Assembly: GCF_006345805.1 (NCBI RefSeq)
Contig: NC_043011.1
Location: forward strand, 496,001-560,000
Source: Octopus sinensis
Lineage: Eukaryota
Reading direction: 5' to 3'
Length of the DNA stretch: 64,000 bases
A model generated the notes under the pieces. The model searched no databases. It was not told the DNA's origin and saw only the letters and a list, made by a program, of their open reading frames with translations. Every line of letters starts with the position of its first letter. The first letter of the stretch is position 1. Shown here in pieces: positions 1 through 12,500 of this stretch. The translations under genes and the position numbers were made by a program.

Positions 1-190
1 GAGGAAAGAGTGAGAGAAAGTTGTGGCGAAAGAGTCAGCAGAAGTTCGCCATTACCTTCTGCCGGAGCCGCATGGAGCTCATAAACACATGTTTCGCTCA
101 TAAACACACATATCGCCCGGTATGAGATTCGAACCCGCGATCCCTCGACCGCGAATCCGCTGCTCTAACCACTAGGCCATGTGCCTCCAC
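1..190 (-). mobile_element. tRNA-derived SINE family A (V-domain-like family), 5' part; cut by window edge
   Basis: Reverse complement reads GAGGCACATGGCCTAGTGGTTAGAGCAGCGG...GGGTTCGAATC (Pol III A/B boxes); homologous to copies at 17196, 44195 and 58283. Confidence 0.85.
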
Positions 191-250
191 TCGCATACAA
201 TGGGATATTTTGTTTATCTGTTCCTGTTTCAAGTGCAAGCGCACGCACGG

Positions 251-291
<41 letters not shown>

Positions 292-643
292 CACGCACAC
301 ACATATTCACACACGCAAACTCAGTCTTACAATCTATCTCCTACCCTTTAAACTCTTTTTCTCTCCCTTTCTTCATCGTTTATTCTCACTCCCCGTCTGC
401 TTCTTCCTCTCGTTGTTGTTTTTCGTCGTTTATCATGTTATTGGAATATTCTTTATTTTACCTCTACAATGACTCTCTTATCCCTTTTTTTAAACCTGCC
501 CATCTTTCTCCTTCTACAAGTACATCTCTCAGCCTCTTCCTGTTAATTTCCATCTGAGTTCCACATATCTCTCTTCCTGTTCTACCTGTCTCTCTCACCT
601 ATTTTTTCTCCTTTTTTAGCATCACCACAGCCACAACAACAAC

Positions 644-871
644 CTATTTCTTTACTACCAACAAGGGGCTAATCATAGAGAGGACAAACAAGGACAGACA
701 AACGGATTAAGTCGATTATATCGACCCCAGTACGTAACAGGTACTTATTTAATCGACCCCGAAAGGATGAAAGGCAAAGTCGATTTCGGCGGAATTTGAA
801 CTCAGAACGTAGCGGCAGACGAAATACCGCTAAGCATTTCGCCCGGCGTGCTAACGATTCTGCCAGATCGC
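644..871 (-). mobile_element. SINE family C (Meta-domain-like)
   Basis: Reverse complement contains TGGCAGAATCGTTAGC...GAGTTCAAATTCC...GACTTTGCCTTTCATCCTTTCGGGGTCGAT; copies at 29122, 35813 and 53093. Confidence 0.85.
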
Positions 872-1452
872 AGCCACAACAACAACCACTACAAGAACTA
901 ACCACACACCGGTAAACAAAACAGCTGTTGTAGGAGTGCTAAACCTCATTACTTTTCGATAAAACAACTGCTGATTCTTCTCCATTTCTCCCGCAAGTAA
1001 AAATTGGTTTAATATTTCCCGCTTTATTAACCTGCACACCTTCATATCTTCCGCTTATCTTTTCTCGTTCTTAAATTATTCCGCTGAGTCCCACCGTTAA
1101 ACAACTATGTGAAGTGTCACATGATGTAAAAAAAAAAACAAAAACGATAAGCATTGCACAGAGTTTCTAGATAGCTGAGATAATCTAACTCAAGGTTATA
1201 ACGTACTGTGCAATTGAAAATTCATACCTCACCTTCACCAATCACCAGCACAATCAAAAGAATTGCAAATCGTCACAAGCACTCCGTCCTTGAAGGAACT
1301 TGTTGCTAAACCCTTAGTTATTGTTATAATTATATATAAAGCTTCTTGTATAAGTTTTTACCGAATATGGTTCTTTCCCATACAGAAACTACTTGGTAAA
1401 ATTTATCAATTATAAATTAATAATTTTTTACCCTATATCTATAATGATATTA

Positions 1453-1740
1453 TAGAGGCCCACATCTCTTCAATATCCCCCCGAAGGATCTGAGAGACCT
1501 GCATGGGGAGGATGCAGATGTCTTTAAAATAAAACTGGATCTCTTCCTGTCAGGTGTCCCAGATGAACCAACTTCACGGCAGGGGGTGCAGATGAGGGCA
1601 GCTGCATCGAGCTCTCTCGGGCACCAAATAGCATTTGCTAAAAAGCATTCGTGAAGTAAAATCATATAGCAACACCAAATGGCGGTGCCCCAGCATGGCC
1701 ACAGTCCGTGAGCAGAAACTAGATAAAAATAAAATAAGAA
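1453..1740 (+). mobile_element. 3' end of a CR1/L2-group LINE (5'-truncated)
   Basis: Translates RGPHLFNIPPKDLRDLHGEDADVFKIKLDLFLSGVPDEP...RAAASSSL, typical of an ORF2 C-terminus; 3'UTR ends in an A-rich tail before (TA)n. Confidence 0.7.
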
Positions 1741-1766
1741 AAATAATATATATATATATATGTATG

Positions 1767-1820
<54 letters not shown>

Positions 1821-1912
1821 ATATGACTAAATATTGTTCATGATAAAATAATTTCACCATTTTCTACCTTGTCTTATTTTCCTTATATATATGTATATAT
1901 ATATATAATATA

Positions 1913-2028
<116 letters not shown>

Positions 2029-2432
2029 CATACATACTTGAACACACACACATATACATACATATATATGAGTTGATGTGGGTGTGGGTGAGTGTAAATA
2101 CAACTCTAAAAGCATGCTTGCATGCTGTCGGAGTTGTATTTATGTAATCGAGTGTTCAAGGATATGGGAGTATATACATGTGCGTATTGGATTATGTACA
2201 TATGCACGTGTGTTCCGTACGACTGTTGGTATTCGTTATTACCAGCATTGTTGCTCTTTATCATTACTTCATTTATAATTGTTGTTATTGTTGATGCTAT
2301 TCTTCTTAGCATTTTTACGGTGCGTGCTCTCCATTACAGCTGCTTGTTTTTTCATCATCATCATCATTGCATACACATAGATGTCTGCATATGCATGCAT
2401 ACGTATGAAAATATATGCGTGCATGTATATGC

Positions 2433-2490
<58 letters not shown>

Positions 2491-3976
2491 GTGTGTGTGT
2501 GAATTCCAGCTTGACTAATCATTGCGCACGCTACCAAATTTATTACTTACTCTCTGTTTTGTATAAGAACAGCAGTTCACAAAGACTGGGTGTGTATATC
2601 TGATAACTTTTAGCAACACAAAGCATGTGTCTTACCATCCGGTCACCTCATTTGTTTCCCAGCGTGCTGTGTTCCTCACGTACAATGTCTATGCGTATAA
2701 TCTCTAAAAACAGTTGCGACAACGCTAAATATAAATGTACACAGATATATCCTGATAGTCGTTGCTTAGCCTTCATTTCTTCAATTAAATTCAATTTGAC
2801 AAAGATCTGCGCACGCCGCCGGAAACTACACCAAAAGTTACAATTCAGTTTCATAACCTTTATCTGCAAGCTAATATTAAACCAGTGAGGAATTCTGTAC
2901 GAGGTCACTCTTCGTTCAGAGATAGTAACAATACGTCCATCACATCATGCTCTATTGTCTTAACAATTCGACGACGAAAGGCACACTGTGTCTAAAAAGG
3001 ACGTAATGACTGCAACCGTAGCGTTTAGATAACAACACAACGTGATTAAATATCATCAAAGCTGAATTCTCTCATTCAAACTTTTTCTTCTCTTCTCTTT
3101 AGGAATCTTTCCCAAGGAACATAATTTTCATCTCTTCTAACAGATTCATTAGATGAAACGTGCATTCTCTATTTTTACAAGTTCATCGGGGAAAGAGAGT
3201 CAAATTCACGCAAATTGGAAGAAGTAGTATTAGTAGTTGTAGTTTCTGAGTTAGGAAGACAAATCAATCCACTTGTGAACTAGCGACTGTAGTGAGATGC
3301 CTTCTGAGACTTCATTGCAAGTAGTTCTGGTCATCGTTGTAGAAGTCGCAGTTCTAACAGGAGAGAAAATCCCATCAAAGCTTCAGATGAGACACAATAT
3401 TTCAATGGGCTTTTTTCTGATAGCTCAGATCTGTAAAGGACTTCAAGCTATTCAAAAGATCAACATTTTTAAAGTCCGTAATCAATAAGTTCTCAGTAAT
3501 TAAACATGAACATACATGAAAATAAACATATAGCCGTGATAGTCACCAAAGACGTGATGCATTCATCAAGTAAACAGTGTAGAAGGGCGATAATTATAAT
3601 GGTGTTCTACGAAAAACACGTGATTACAGCATTTAAGTTACATAAATATTCATTTATATAACGAGCAACACTAATCGGTTTCAGCCAGCTATGGATCATA
3701 TGTATAGACAGCCATGGAAATCAGGACTATTTCAACTTCATGGTGCATCATTAACCACCGAAGACTTTACGCAGAATGACAGTTACATTTAAGCTGCTAA
3801 AGGATGATTGCGAAAGAAAATTTCTCAAATACAAATACTGAAGACATAGAAGGGTATAGCATGCGCGACCACATATATGGAAGCCTACATGCAAATGCAA
3901 GCGTATTATTATTTCTCCCTGTCTTTCTTTCTCTTCCTAATCTCTCACTCTGTGTGAGTGTGTGTGTGTGTGTATA

Positions 3977-4386
3977 TCTCTTTCTCTTTTTCTCTTTTAC
4001 TTGTTTCAGTCATTTGACTGCGGCCATGCTGGAGCACCGCCTTTAATCGAGCAACTCGACCCCGGAACTTATTCTTTGTAAGCCCAGTACTTATTCTATC
4101 GGTCTCTTTTTTGCCGAACCGCTAAGTGACGGGGACGTAAACACACCAGCATCGGTTGTCAAGCGACGCTAGGGGGACAAACACAGACACACAAACACAC
4201 ACACATATATATATACATATATACGACAGGCTTCTCTCAGTTTCCGTCTACCAAATCCACTCACAAGGCATTGGTCGGCCCGGGGCTATAGCAGAAGACA
4301 CTTGCCCAAGATGCCACGCAGTGGGACTGAACCCGGAACCATGTGGTTGGTTAGCAAGCTACTTACAACACAGCCACTCCTGCGTC

Positions 4387-4387
<1 letters not shown>
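3977..4387 (-). mobile_element. SINE family B (CORE-like), full length; present only in left arm of the inverted duplication
   Basis: Reverse complement GGAGTGGCTGTGTTGTAAG...GGTTCAGTCCC...TTGGGCAAGTGTCTTCT...CCAGCATGGCCGCAGTC; absent at the equivalent point (~40490-40570) of the right arm. Confidence 0.9.
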
Positions 4388-4443
<56 letters not shown>

Positions 4444-4475
4444 ATATATGATAATAGAATTTCTCCCTGATAATA

Positions 4476-4535
<60 letters not shown>

Positions 4536-4568
4536 TTCAGGATTAAATGAAAAGATAACGGAAAATAT

Positions 4569-4664
<96 letters not shown>

Positions 4665-5299
4665 GAGAGAGTGAGAGAGAGAGAAACAGGTAGAGTGAGC
4701 GAGCATGAGAGAGAAAATCAAATTCACATAACACATAAGTTGTTTTTTTTATCAAGTGTAAAATACAGAACAATGGCAAGAGTCACGTTTCCCAATATTT
4801 CTTAAATATAGATATGTATACTTTTATTCTTTTAAACATTACTGTTTCCTTCTAGCAAAAAGCTCCACAAAAGATATTTCATAGTGTTTTATCATCTCTA
4901 TTTTTGGCTATCTGTTCTCTATCGCTCTCTTATTTTTAATTGCAAATAATTCTGATGTTTTATATATCGCTTGGTAAAAAATCCCCGATTGAATATGAAA
5001 GAACCAATCATAGTTTAGCGCTGCTAGATCAGGCAGTAATTAATAGCAGATATAAAAAAATTCCTTGCAGGCTCACTGCCTTTGAAGAGATTTGTACTGG
5101 GTTGCAAGTACGTACCTATGTGCTTAATTTGAAATGCAACCACGTGGTTTCAGCTTCAGTCCTACTATTTAGCGTCTTGAGTCATGTGTCGTCTACTGAA
5201 ACATCAAGCTGGTCAGGCTGAAGCAAATTTGATAGTCGGAATATGTGAGGAAACCAGTCGAGTAAATATGTTTATATGTGCTGAACTACTAAAATCCTC

Positions 5300-5470
5300 A
5301 AGTTTTGTTTATTCTCTCTCTGTTTATTTTCTCTTATTCCTTTTTGCTGAAGAGCGTAGGGTCGAAACCTAAAAGACCTTTTCACTTTTCCCGAGCGTTA
5401 AACTAATATACTTGCTTGTTGTTCATACACCTGTCTTCGTCTTTTTATCTTTCTATAAATTTCAGCTATA
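5300..5470 (+). mobile_element. PLE-type terminal repeat with degenerate minimal hammerhead motif
   Basis: CTGAAGAGCGTAGGGTCGAAACCTAAAAG at ~5347-5375; related copies at 39585-39750, 55495-55640 and 63620-63790 suggest consensus CTGAAGAGCGTAGGCTCGAAACGTA. Confidence 0.6.
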
Positions 5471-5476
5471 CATACA

Positions 5477-5511
<35 letters not shown>

Positions 5512-6718
5512 TGTTACGAGGGTGGGACCTCCGAAAACTGTACGGAATCCCTCAGACAGGCCCGATTCGATCAGCGAATATTCTCGCCACGGAAACTCGT
5601 CGGAGAGAGGAGAGAGAGACACAATAACAACAACCGCAAGCAGCACAGAGAGATACAGAGGCACAGCCCGGAGAGACACCAAAAGAGGCAAGGCAAAACG
5701 GCAACACTGGCTTACATTCAACAACTAGTTTATATGACAATCAATGGTTACAACATCAAAGCATTTAAGGCAAACAACAAATCAATACATCATACGGGTA
5801 TACCACAGATCAAAGCATTTAACAACATGCATGTAACAATATAACAGTCCGGAGACACAACAAGTCATATACAGTATTTCAAAGGTACACGTCCGAAGAC
5901 ACAGTTCTTTTCCCAAATCACATCAACAGATAACGTTCACAGTTCTTTATAATCTTTTTCTACACATATCAACACAATTCTGAACATAAATACCACAACT
6001 CGATAATCGACATATCGACAAGTCCTTGACTGTTCTTTTCACTGTTCAATACATCGTGACACGTATCAATACACAATCAAATACCTTAATTCCTAATTAG
6101 AATCGCCAGCGTCCCATTCCACACTCCATCTCTCCGTACCGCTAATTCCTCCGTACATATTCCCTTCTGTGCCGCCAAGTTCTCTCGCATCCCAACTTGC
6201 TCCTAAGATTCCACCGCTTGCTCCTAACTTCCAAGAATCCGACTGTGTTCTTCGAGGACCGACCACCGACTGCCCAAAACCTCACTTCCTTGTCCTGACT
6301 TCCACTACCCTAATCTCCCTCTGTCTCTATTTGTTAAAGCCTCTCTATTTGCCCTCTGATTCCCTACTCTATCTCTATCGCCCGCTGCCTATCACCCTCT
6401 CTATCTGCTCTCTGATTCCTTACTCTATCTTTATCCTCAATCTGTCCCCTAGCCTTATACTCTATCTCTCTCACTACTTTTCTTCTCTCTATCTGCTCTC
6501 AGCCCTACTGCCTATCTTTCTCACGACAGCTCTCAGATCCCTTAATCTGTCTTCCTCTTCCACATTCTCACTGACCCTTTCTCGACCGGCACAAGGGCAA
6601 AGGTCCTTCCAAAAGCCATTAGTCTCCCAGTAAACAAAGGGCTGTCACTTTTCACTCCAGGCCTGCCGGCGCCATTATTCCAAAGTGGGTCACCAATACT
6701 GCACTAGCCAAAATCCAT

Positions 6719-6722
<4 letters not shown>
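5512..6722. mobile_element. Putative solo LTR
   Basis: Begins TGTTA and ends TAACA; flanked by TATAT on both sides within (TA)n; no retroelement coding sequence. Confidence 0.6.
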
Positions 6723-6817
<95 letters not shown>

Positions 6818-6819
6818 AC

Positions 6820-7706
6820 ATGATGATGGCTGCCCCTCGTTATCGAGTATGGCCATTGCACGAAGCTTAACTGTTACTGGTGCTGTGATCGAATGTGACT
6901 TTTTAGCCCAGCTAAAGATCTACAATGTCTTGTACAGAATTGGCAACTAAAACCTTTACCGTTAATAGCCGGCTGTAGTTGTAACTGGGCTTCATGTACC
7001 TTTGCATGTCGTTTAAGTCCTCCTGCAGAATTACACTCTCTTCCACATGCCCGACAGATATGATTAGTATGGTGTCTAAAACCACCATCAGTGGCCAGGT
7101 TGTCACTCATCTGTCTCGCTTTATGATTGCGAAGATGACTCTTTAGTCCAGCTTTACTGAGGCAGGGTCTTGCACAGACACTGCATGTCAGCATCATAGG
7201 AAGACCCTTCCTATCTGGAAGTGTAACAGCGATGCCTTTCTTGACATCCCTCTTTACTTTCTCATGCGCAATCGAGATTTCTCAAAAGTCGCTGTCCCCT
7301 CGTGCACAATCCTTCTCCGCCTGCTACGATCAATAGCTACGCCTTCCCATGTGTCAGGAGAGATGCAAGCATCTCTTAAGGAAGCCTTCAGCAAGTCCTT
7401 ATACCTCTTTTTTAGTTTATGTGGAGGTCGTTCTCCTTTAGCTAACTCTCCATAAAAGAGTTGTTTTTGCATCCTTGAATCCTTCATCCTGACCAGATTA
7501 CCACTCCATCTGAGCCTTTGCTTTAACACAAGAGCTTCTATACTTTCACACCGAGAGCCTTCCAATATTTCAAGTTCACTGATGCGGTCCTTCCACTTAA
7601 TGCCATTGATCCGTCTGAGACACATCTGATGGAAACGTTCCAGTTGTTTAAGGTGGTATCGATATGTGACCCACGTCTCGCAGGCATAGAGAAGAGAAGG
7701 GAGCAC
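6820..7706 (-). mobile_element. RTE-clade LINE 3' fragment with three C-terminal C2H2 zinc fingers
   Basis: ORF 7254-7706 LLYACETW..LERFHQMCLRRI..RLRWSGNLVRM..LFYGEL; ORF 6874-7197 has three CxxC..GLKxH motifs; short (ATC)n tail. Confidence 0.85.
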
Positions 7707-7737
7707 ACATGCCTTTTACACCTTTATCTTTGTCTTT

Positions 7738-7897
7738 CTGGTCGAGCGTCTTCAGCCTTTCTTCATAAGACAAATGCTTGAGACCAAGAACCATGCGGGT
7801 AGCCAGCATCTGGACTCTTTCGAGATGATGTATATCTTTGAGGAGATAAGGAGAAGAGGCTTGAATCCCGTACTTCAATATGGGTCTCACCAGCGTG
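7738..7897 (-). mobile_element. CR1-type LINE RT C-terminal fragment
   Basis: LVRPILKYGIQASSPYLLKDIHHLERVQMLATRMVLGLKHLSYEERLKTLD. Confidence 0.8.
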
Positions 7898-7911
7898 ACA
7901 CACACACACAC

Positions 7912-7963
<52 letters not shown>

Positions 7964-8051
7964 TTTTATATATATATATATGGTGAGACCCATATTGGAG
8001 TACGGGATTCAAGCATCTTCTCCTTATCTCCTCAAAGATATACATCACGAA

Positions 8052-8252
8052 AACAATTGCAGCGTAGAAGGTGTTTATAAGCCATTTAAGAAACACAAAA
8101 CTTCGTGCTGCAGCACGAAGTTTTGTCAGTGAACAGGTCGCGGTCTCAAAGCGATGAAAATATTTTGACAAATTAAATTTAAATGTTGAAATGAATCTAA
8201 CGGTTTTTGTGTGTTCTTAGATGGCTTATAAACACCTTCCACGCTGCAATTG

Positions 8253-8254
<2 letters not shown>
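8052..8254. mobile_element. Small foldback element next to (TA)n
   Basis: ACAATTGCAGCGTAGAAGGTGTTTATAAGCCAT (from ~8053) is inverted at ~8220-8253; internal perfect palindrome at 8095-8126. Confidence 0.7.
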
Positions 8255-8306
<52 letters not shown>

Positions 8307-8336
8307 TCTTTCTCTCAACACACATGTACATTAGCA

Positions 8337-8617
8337 AGCAGGCATGGCTGTGTGATAAGACGCTTGCTTCGCAACCACATCGTTTCGGATTCAATCCTAC
8401 TACATGGCACTTTGGGCAAGTGTCTTCTACCATAGCTCCAGAATTTGGTAGACGGAGACTGAAGTAAGCCCATCGGTCCTATATACATGTGTGCATGTGC
8501 TTGTGTTGCTTTGTATTTGTGTTTGTCCCCATTACCGCTGGACAACCGTTGTTGGTTTGTATATGTCCCATGCCAGCAAAAAAGTCCGATGAAGTAAGTA
8601 GTTGGTTTAAAACATCG
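8337..8617 (+). mobile_element. SINE family B, degenerate/internally deleted
   Basis: GGCATGGCTGTGTGATAAG...TTTGGGCAAGTGTCTTCTAC...TTTGGTAGACGGA. Confidence 0.75.
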
Positions 8618-9258
8618 GTGGCATTACGGTATTTCCGGCACTTCAAGTTAGCTAAATCGTTTGATTTTTCGGTGACTACTCTCGATAGCAAATGCGTTTC
8701 TCCTTCGATATATTCGAGGCCTCTAAAAAAGCACCACTCAATATGAAGCAGACCACCAAAGCCGACAAGCCACAATTCATGCAGAGACAAATACAATGAT
8801 CTACAACAATTGGAAGATGACCACAAATTATAGCTGGGAGGTGTTGAATCTCCACCGCAATGCATTCAAGCACACGCGCTTTTCCAGGATCGTTCAAATT
8901 CCAAATTACAACCAAATTTTTAATCAAGCTTTTTCAATTAAGGGTGAAGCAGAATTGTAACAACTGATAACCGATCTGGTATATTGTTTCTATATTATTG
9001 TTATGTTCCCTTCGCCAAATGTAGAATGCAGTGCTGGATGCATACAACTGTGTCTTTGTAACAGTCTCCAGATCATCAGAGCGTTGGATCCTTCACAACG
9101 CACTGCGTTTGTCAAATAGAACGAACTTGACGTTAATGTACAAGCAATATGCCGGATCGATTATAAAATATATCACTTCTGCTTGAGCCCAAGTTCTTTA
9201 CAACATACAGGTATAAACAAAAGGGACACGCAACAGCACAAACTGCATCATCTTGATG

Positions 9259-9316
<58 letters not shown>

Positions 9317-9317
<1 letters not shown>

Positions 9318-10335
9318 CTGGATCAAACGTAGACCGAGAAAGGGCGCTTGGCACCTCGAGTGCCGTCAAGCCCTCTCCGCCCTCCGCCAGGCGGGCAATG
9401 CGGTCGGTTACAGCTCCACTCTAGCGTTCTATAGAGGGTTAGTGGAGGAAAAATGCGACGACGTTCTCGGGGAAACTCTAGGCGTTGAAGATGACGAACT
9501 GTGCGGTCTGTTCGGGAGGACTTTCGGGCCGGGGCCGATGGATAATTTCCAGAGGTCTCTCGCTTGGCAGTGCTACCGAGGGGCTCTGCCTGTTCGAGAT
9601 AAACTCTACCGGCACGGAAGTGCCGTCAGCCGGGCCTGCCCGAGGTGTTGCCAGGACGACGAAACCGTCCTGCACGCACTCGTCCAGTGCCCGAGTATTG
9701 CTGAAATATGGGTTTATGTCGAACAGCTACTGTCACGTATAGGACGGATCCGACTATCGGCCGAATCCATTGTGAAGATTGCCCCGCCGACCTTCTTTAA
9801 CAAGGAGGGCGAGGCTGTTTTCTTGTGCCTAGTGGCTGTGGCGAAAGAGGTCGTGTGGTGGACTCGTTTGAAAGGGCTAAAGACAGACACTTTCCTCTTT
9901 GGTCAAGGCCTCATCAACTTTTTCAAGTTTCACTTGAAAAGGAAGATGAGGTTAGAGAGGAAAGTGCTGTCCGATAGCAAGTTTTATGAAAGGTGGGTGA
10001 ATTGTGCGAGACTGGCCTGTATAAATGGACCAGTTCTCAGGTTTCGCCTGTGATTTCAAAGAAAAAGGTAATGTAAAAGGAGAAGAAAGGGGACTCTCTA
10101 CACCCCCTTTTTTTGACCAGGCTCCCGTTGGCTTTTGTAGGGTTTTTTCCACCAGGAACCTTTCGAAACGTCTCCCCCTTTTGGAAGGTTTTCATTGTTG
10201 AATTTTATAAGTTGTTATAAAGATTTTTACTCGATGTTTTTAAAAAAACGGCAAAACCCTTTGTAACCTTTCGTCCTGTCTTGTCCCTTTATGTAATCAT
10301 GCGTGTCAGCCCTTGTGGCCAATAAAAAAGAATTG
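9317..10335 (+). mobile_element. 5'-truncated copy of the Tx1-like LINE
   Basis: Near-identical to 15185-16197 (ORF2 C-terminus with CPRC..ETVLH..C motif and 3'UTR); (ATT)n on both sides. Confidence 0.95.
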
Positions 10336-10404
<69 letters not shown>

Positions 10405-10639
10405 ATTATTATTATTCCTTCCGACGCCGATGGACGTGTCTGAAAAGGCTCCGTGAATTTGGCACCAATTTCATTGGAAATTTATCGATAAGTTTTAATA
10501 TTTTTTAATATTTTTGTGGCCAAACCGACCAGCTTCTTGCGGAGCTCGTCGGTTAGGCGAAATTTTGCCCCATTCGGGGTGAAATTACGTTTTGAAATTT
10601 TGAACTTTGTCAAAATAACAAACTTTTAAACAAAAAAAA

Positions 10640-12462
10640 ATGGCTATGAAGCGAGCAGTTAGCTGTTCCTTCCTTCCAATTACATTCCCTCCGCAAACAC
10701 ACACGTTATCACCAAAAAAACACCCACTTCGTGCCGTAAAAGGCAACAGAGCTCCTCCTTCCGAAACGGAAAGCACGCGCACCGTTCGAAAGGAGAATGC
10801 TAGCCAGGACGTCGCGTTCGACGTCACTCCTGATTTCCCCCCTCTGCCTTCAACAAGTGATGTTGTACCGAAGGGGGAGGAAAGGAAAGTTATAACGGAC
10901 ACAAACACAGACAAGAACACAGAGAAAAATGTAAAAACTTCCAACAATTTTGCTTCTGCTGCGAAGCAAATTTCGGAGGAAGTTAAGATAACTTTAGAAG
11001 AAATAAAAAAAGCAAAAGATTTATTGAGAAAGGATGGCAACAGCTTCTTCCTCAATACTCCACAAGAGGTGATTGAAAGCACAAACAAGAAAACAATCAT
11101 ATACAAAGTTTTCGATAGAAAACTAAAAAGAATGACAAATGCCACACCCCAACAGTTAGAGATAGCTCTAAAGCCCATTTGGGCCCAAAAGAGCTACGTA
11201 ACCAAGGGGAAGCGTTTTGGAACCGTGGAGGTTCGCTTCCCAACAGAGGAGCTTGCAAGGGCGAACGCCATTTGTTACTAGTTCCGACCCACCTCGGGCG
11301 AAGAGTAACAAAAATAAAAATCGACCTCGCTCCCCCTGAGCTAGATATGTCATGGCTGGTGGCAGCTGTCCTCTACGATATAGAGGACACTACCACCATT
11401 CTAGATGTCAGGAGAGTGAGGGAGAAAAACTGGTTGGGGATGGGAGTGCTGCTTCTTGCGCAAATTCAGCAAGAAAATATCAGTAAAGTCCCTGATTTCG
11501 TAAGTTTGCCGGACGGCACCAGGCTAAACGTTGCTGTGGAGGGGCGAAAGCCAAAATGTTTCCTATGCAGCAGCGAAAGCCACTTAAAGAGGGACTACCC
11601 CATTCAATAAAAGAGGATGGAGGCTTTCAGCAAGAGGCAGCAGCAACAACAACAACAACAACACAAGCAACAACAACAGAAACAACAAAAACAGCACGAA
11701 ACACCAAAAGCTGCCACACCACCAACACCATCACCAGCACCAAGACGAACAACACCACCTCCAACAACAACAACCACCACCAAACCAACACCGACAACCA
11801 CCACCAAACCAACACCGACACCAGTACCTCGAAGGTCGACAGCAGCGACATCAACAGCAACAGGAGCAGCGGCACCACCGATACCGGCGGAACCAAAAAC
11901 CTTTCGTCCTGCTACTGAAGCAGACCCCTCAACCATTCCTTTGCCGGATGAAGAGTCGGATTGTGCGAGCTCTGATTCCAACAAAGGAGAATGGAGTATA
12001 GTGCCTCCAAAGAAGAAAAGGAGGAAAAAACAAAAAGATTTACAGGGGAAGCACGAACAAATAGTGCTTCCCAACATCAACAACAACAACAACAACAACA
12101 CACACTCACAACAACAAACAACAACAACACTTTCGACACCACTACTGCCACTGCCACACACACAAACACACACAGACACAATTACATCAATAAACACAAA
12201 GAACCAAAAACTAGTGGAGTACTTAAAAAACAAAACTAGTACAAATATAACCGATTTCATCATACCAACACAAAACACACCACCAGCACACATTCTCACA
12301 ATAAAAATAAATGCAAAAACATATGATGAAATCAAACAAATATTCCCTAACGATGTGGGATCGCTAGGGAAAAGTTTCTCGAAGAAACTTTATAAAAACA
12401 TTGTGGAAGCACCCGTGCAAAAGCACAAGGGAGCCACCCCCACCACCAACAACAGTAAGTAG
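10640..12462 (+). pseudogene. LINE ORF1 (gag-like, zinc knuckle, Q/T/P-rich linker), disrupted
   Basis: Split ORFs 10640-11281, 11179-11610 and 11617-12462; knuckle CFLCSSESHLKRDY with last Cys lost; frameshift ~11270, stop at 11608. Confidence 0.8.
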
Positions 12463-12500
12463 AGCCTTTTTTCTCCTTTTTTTCCCCCTACTTTTGAGAC

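Noticed and set aside
9253-10053. 266-aa poly-Tyr protein as a novel gene
   Set aside because: Chance in-frame fusion of (TAT)n with the truncated LINE ORF2
10585-12335. Antisense ORFs over LINE ORF1
   Set aside because: Shadow ORFs of low-complexity, A/C-rich sense coding sequence
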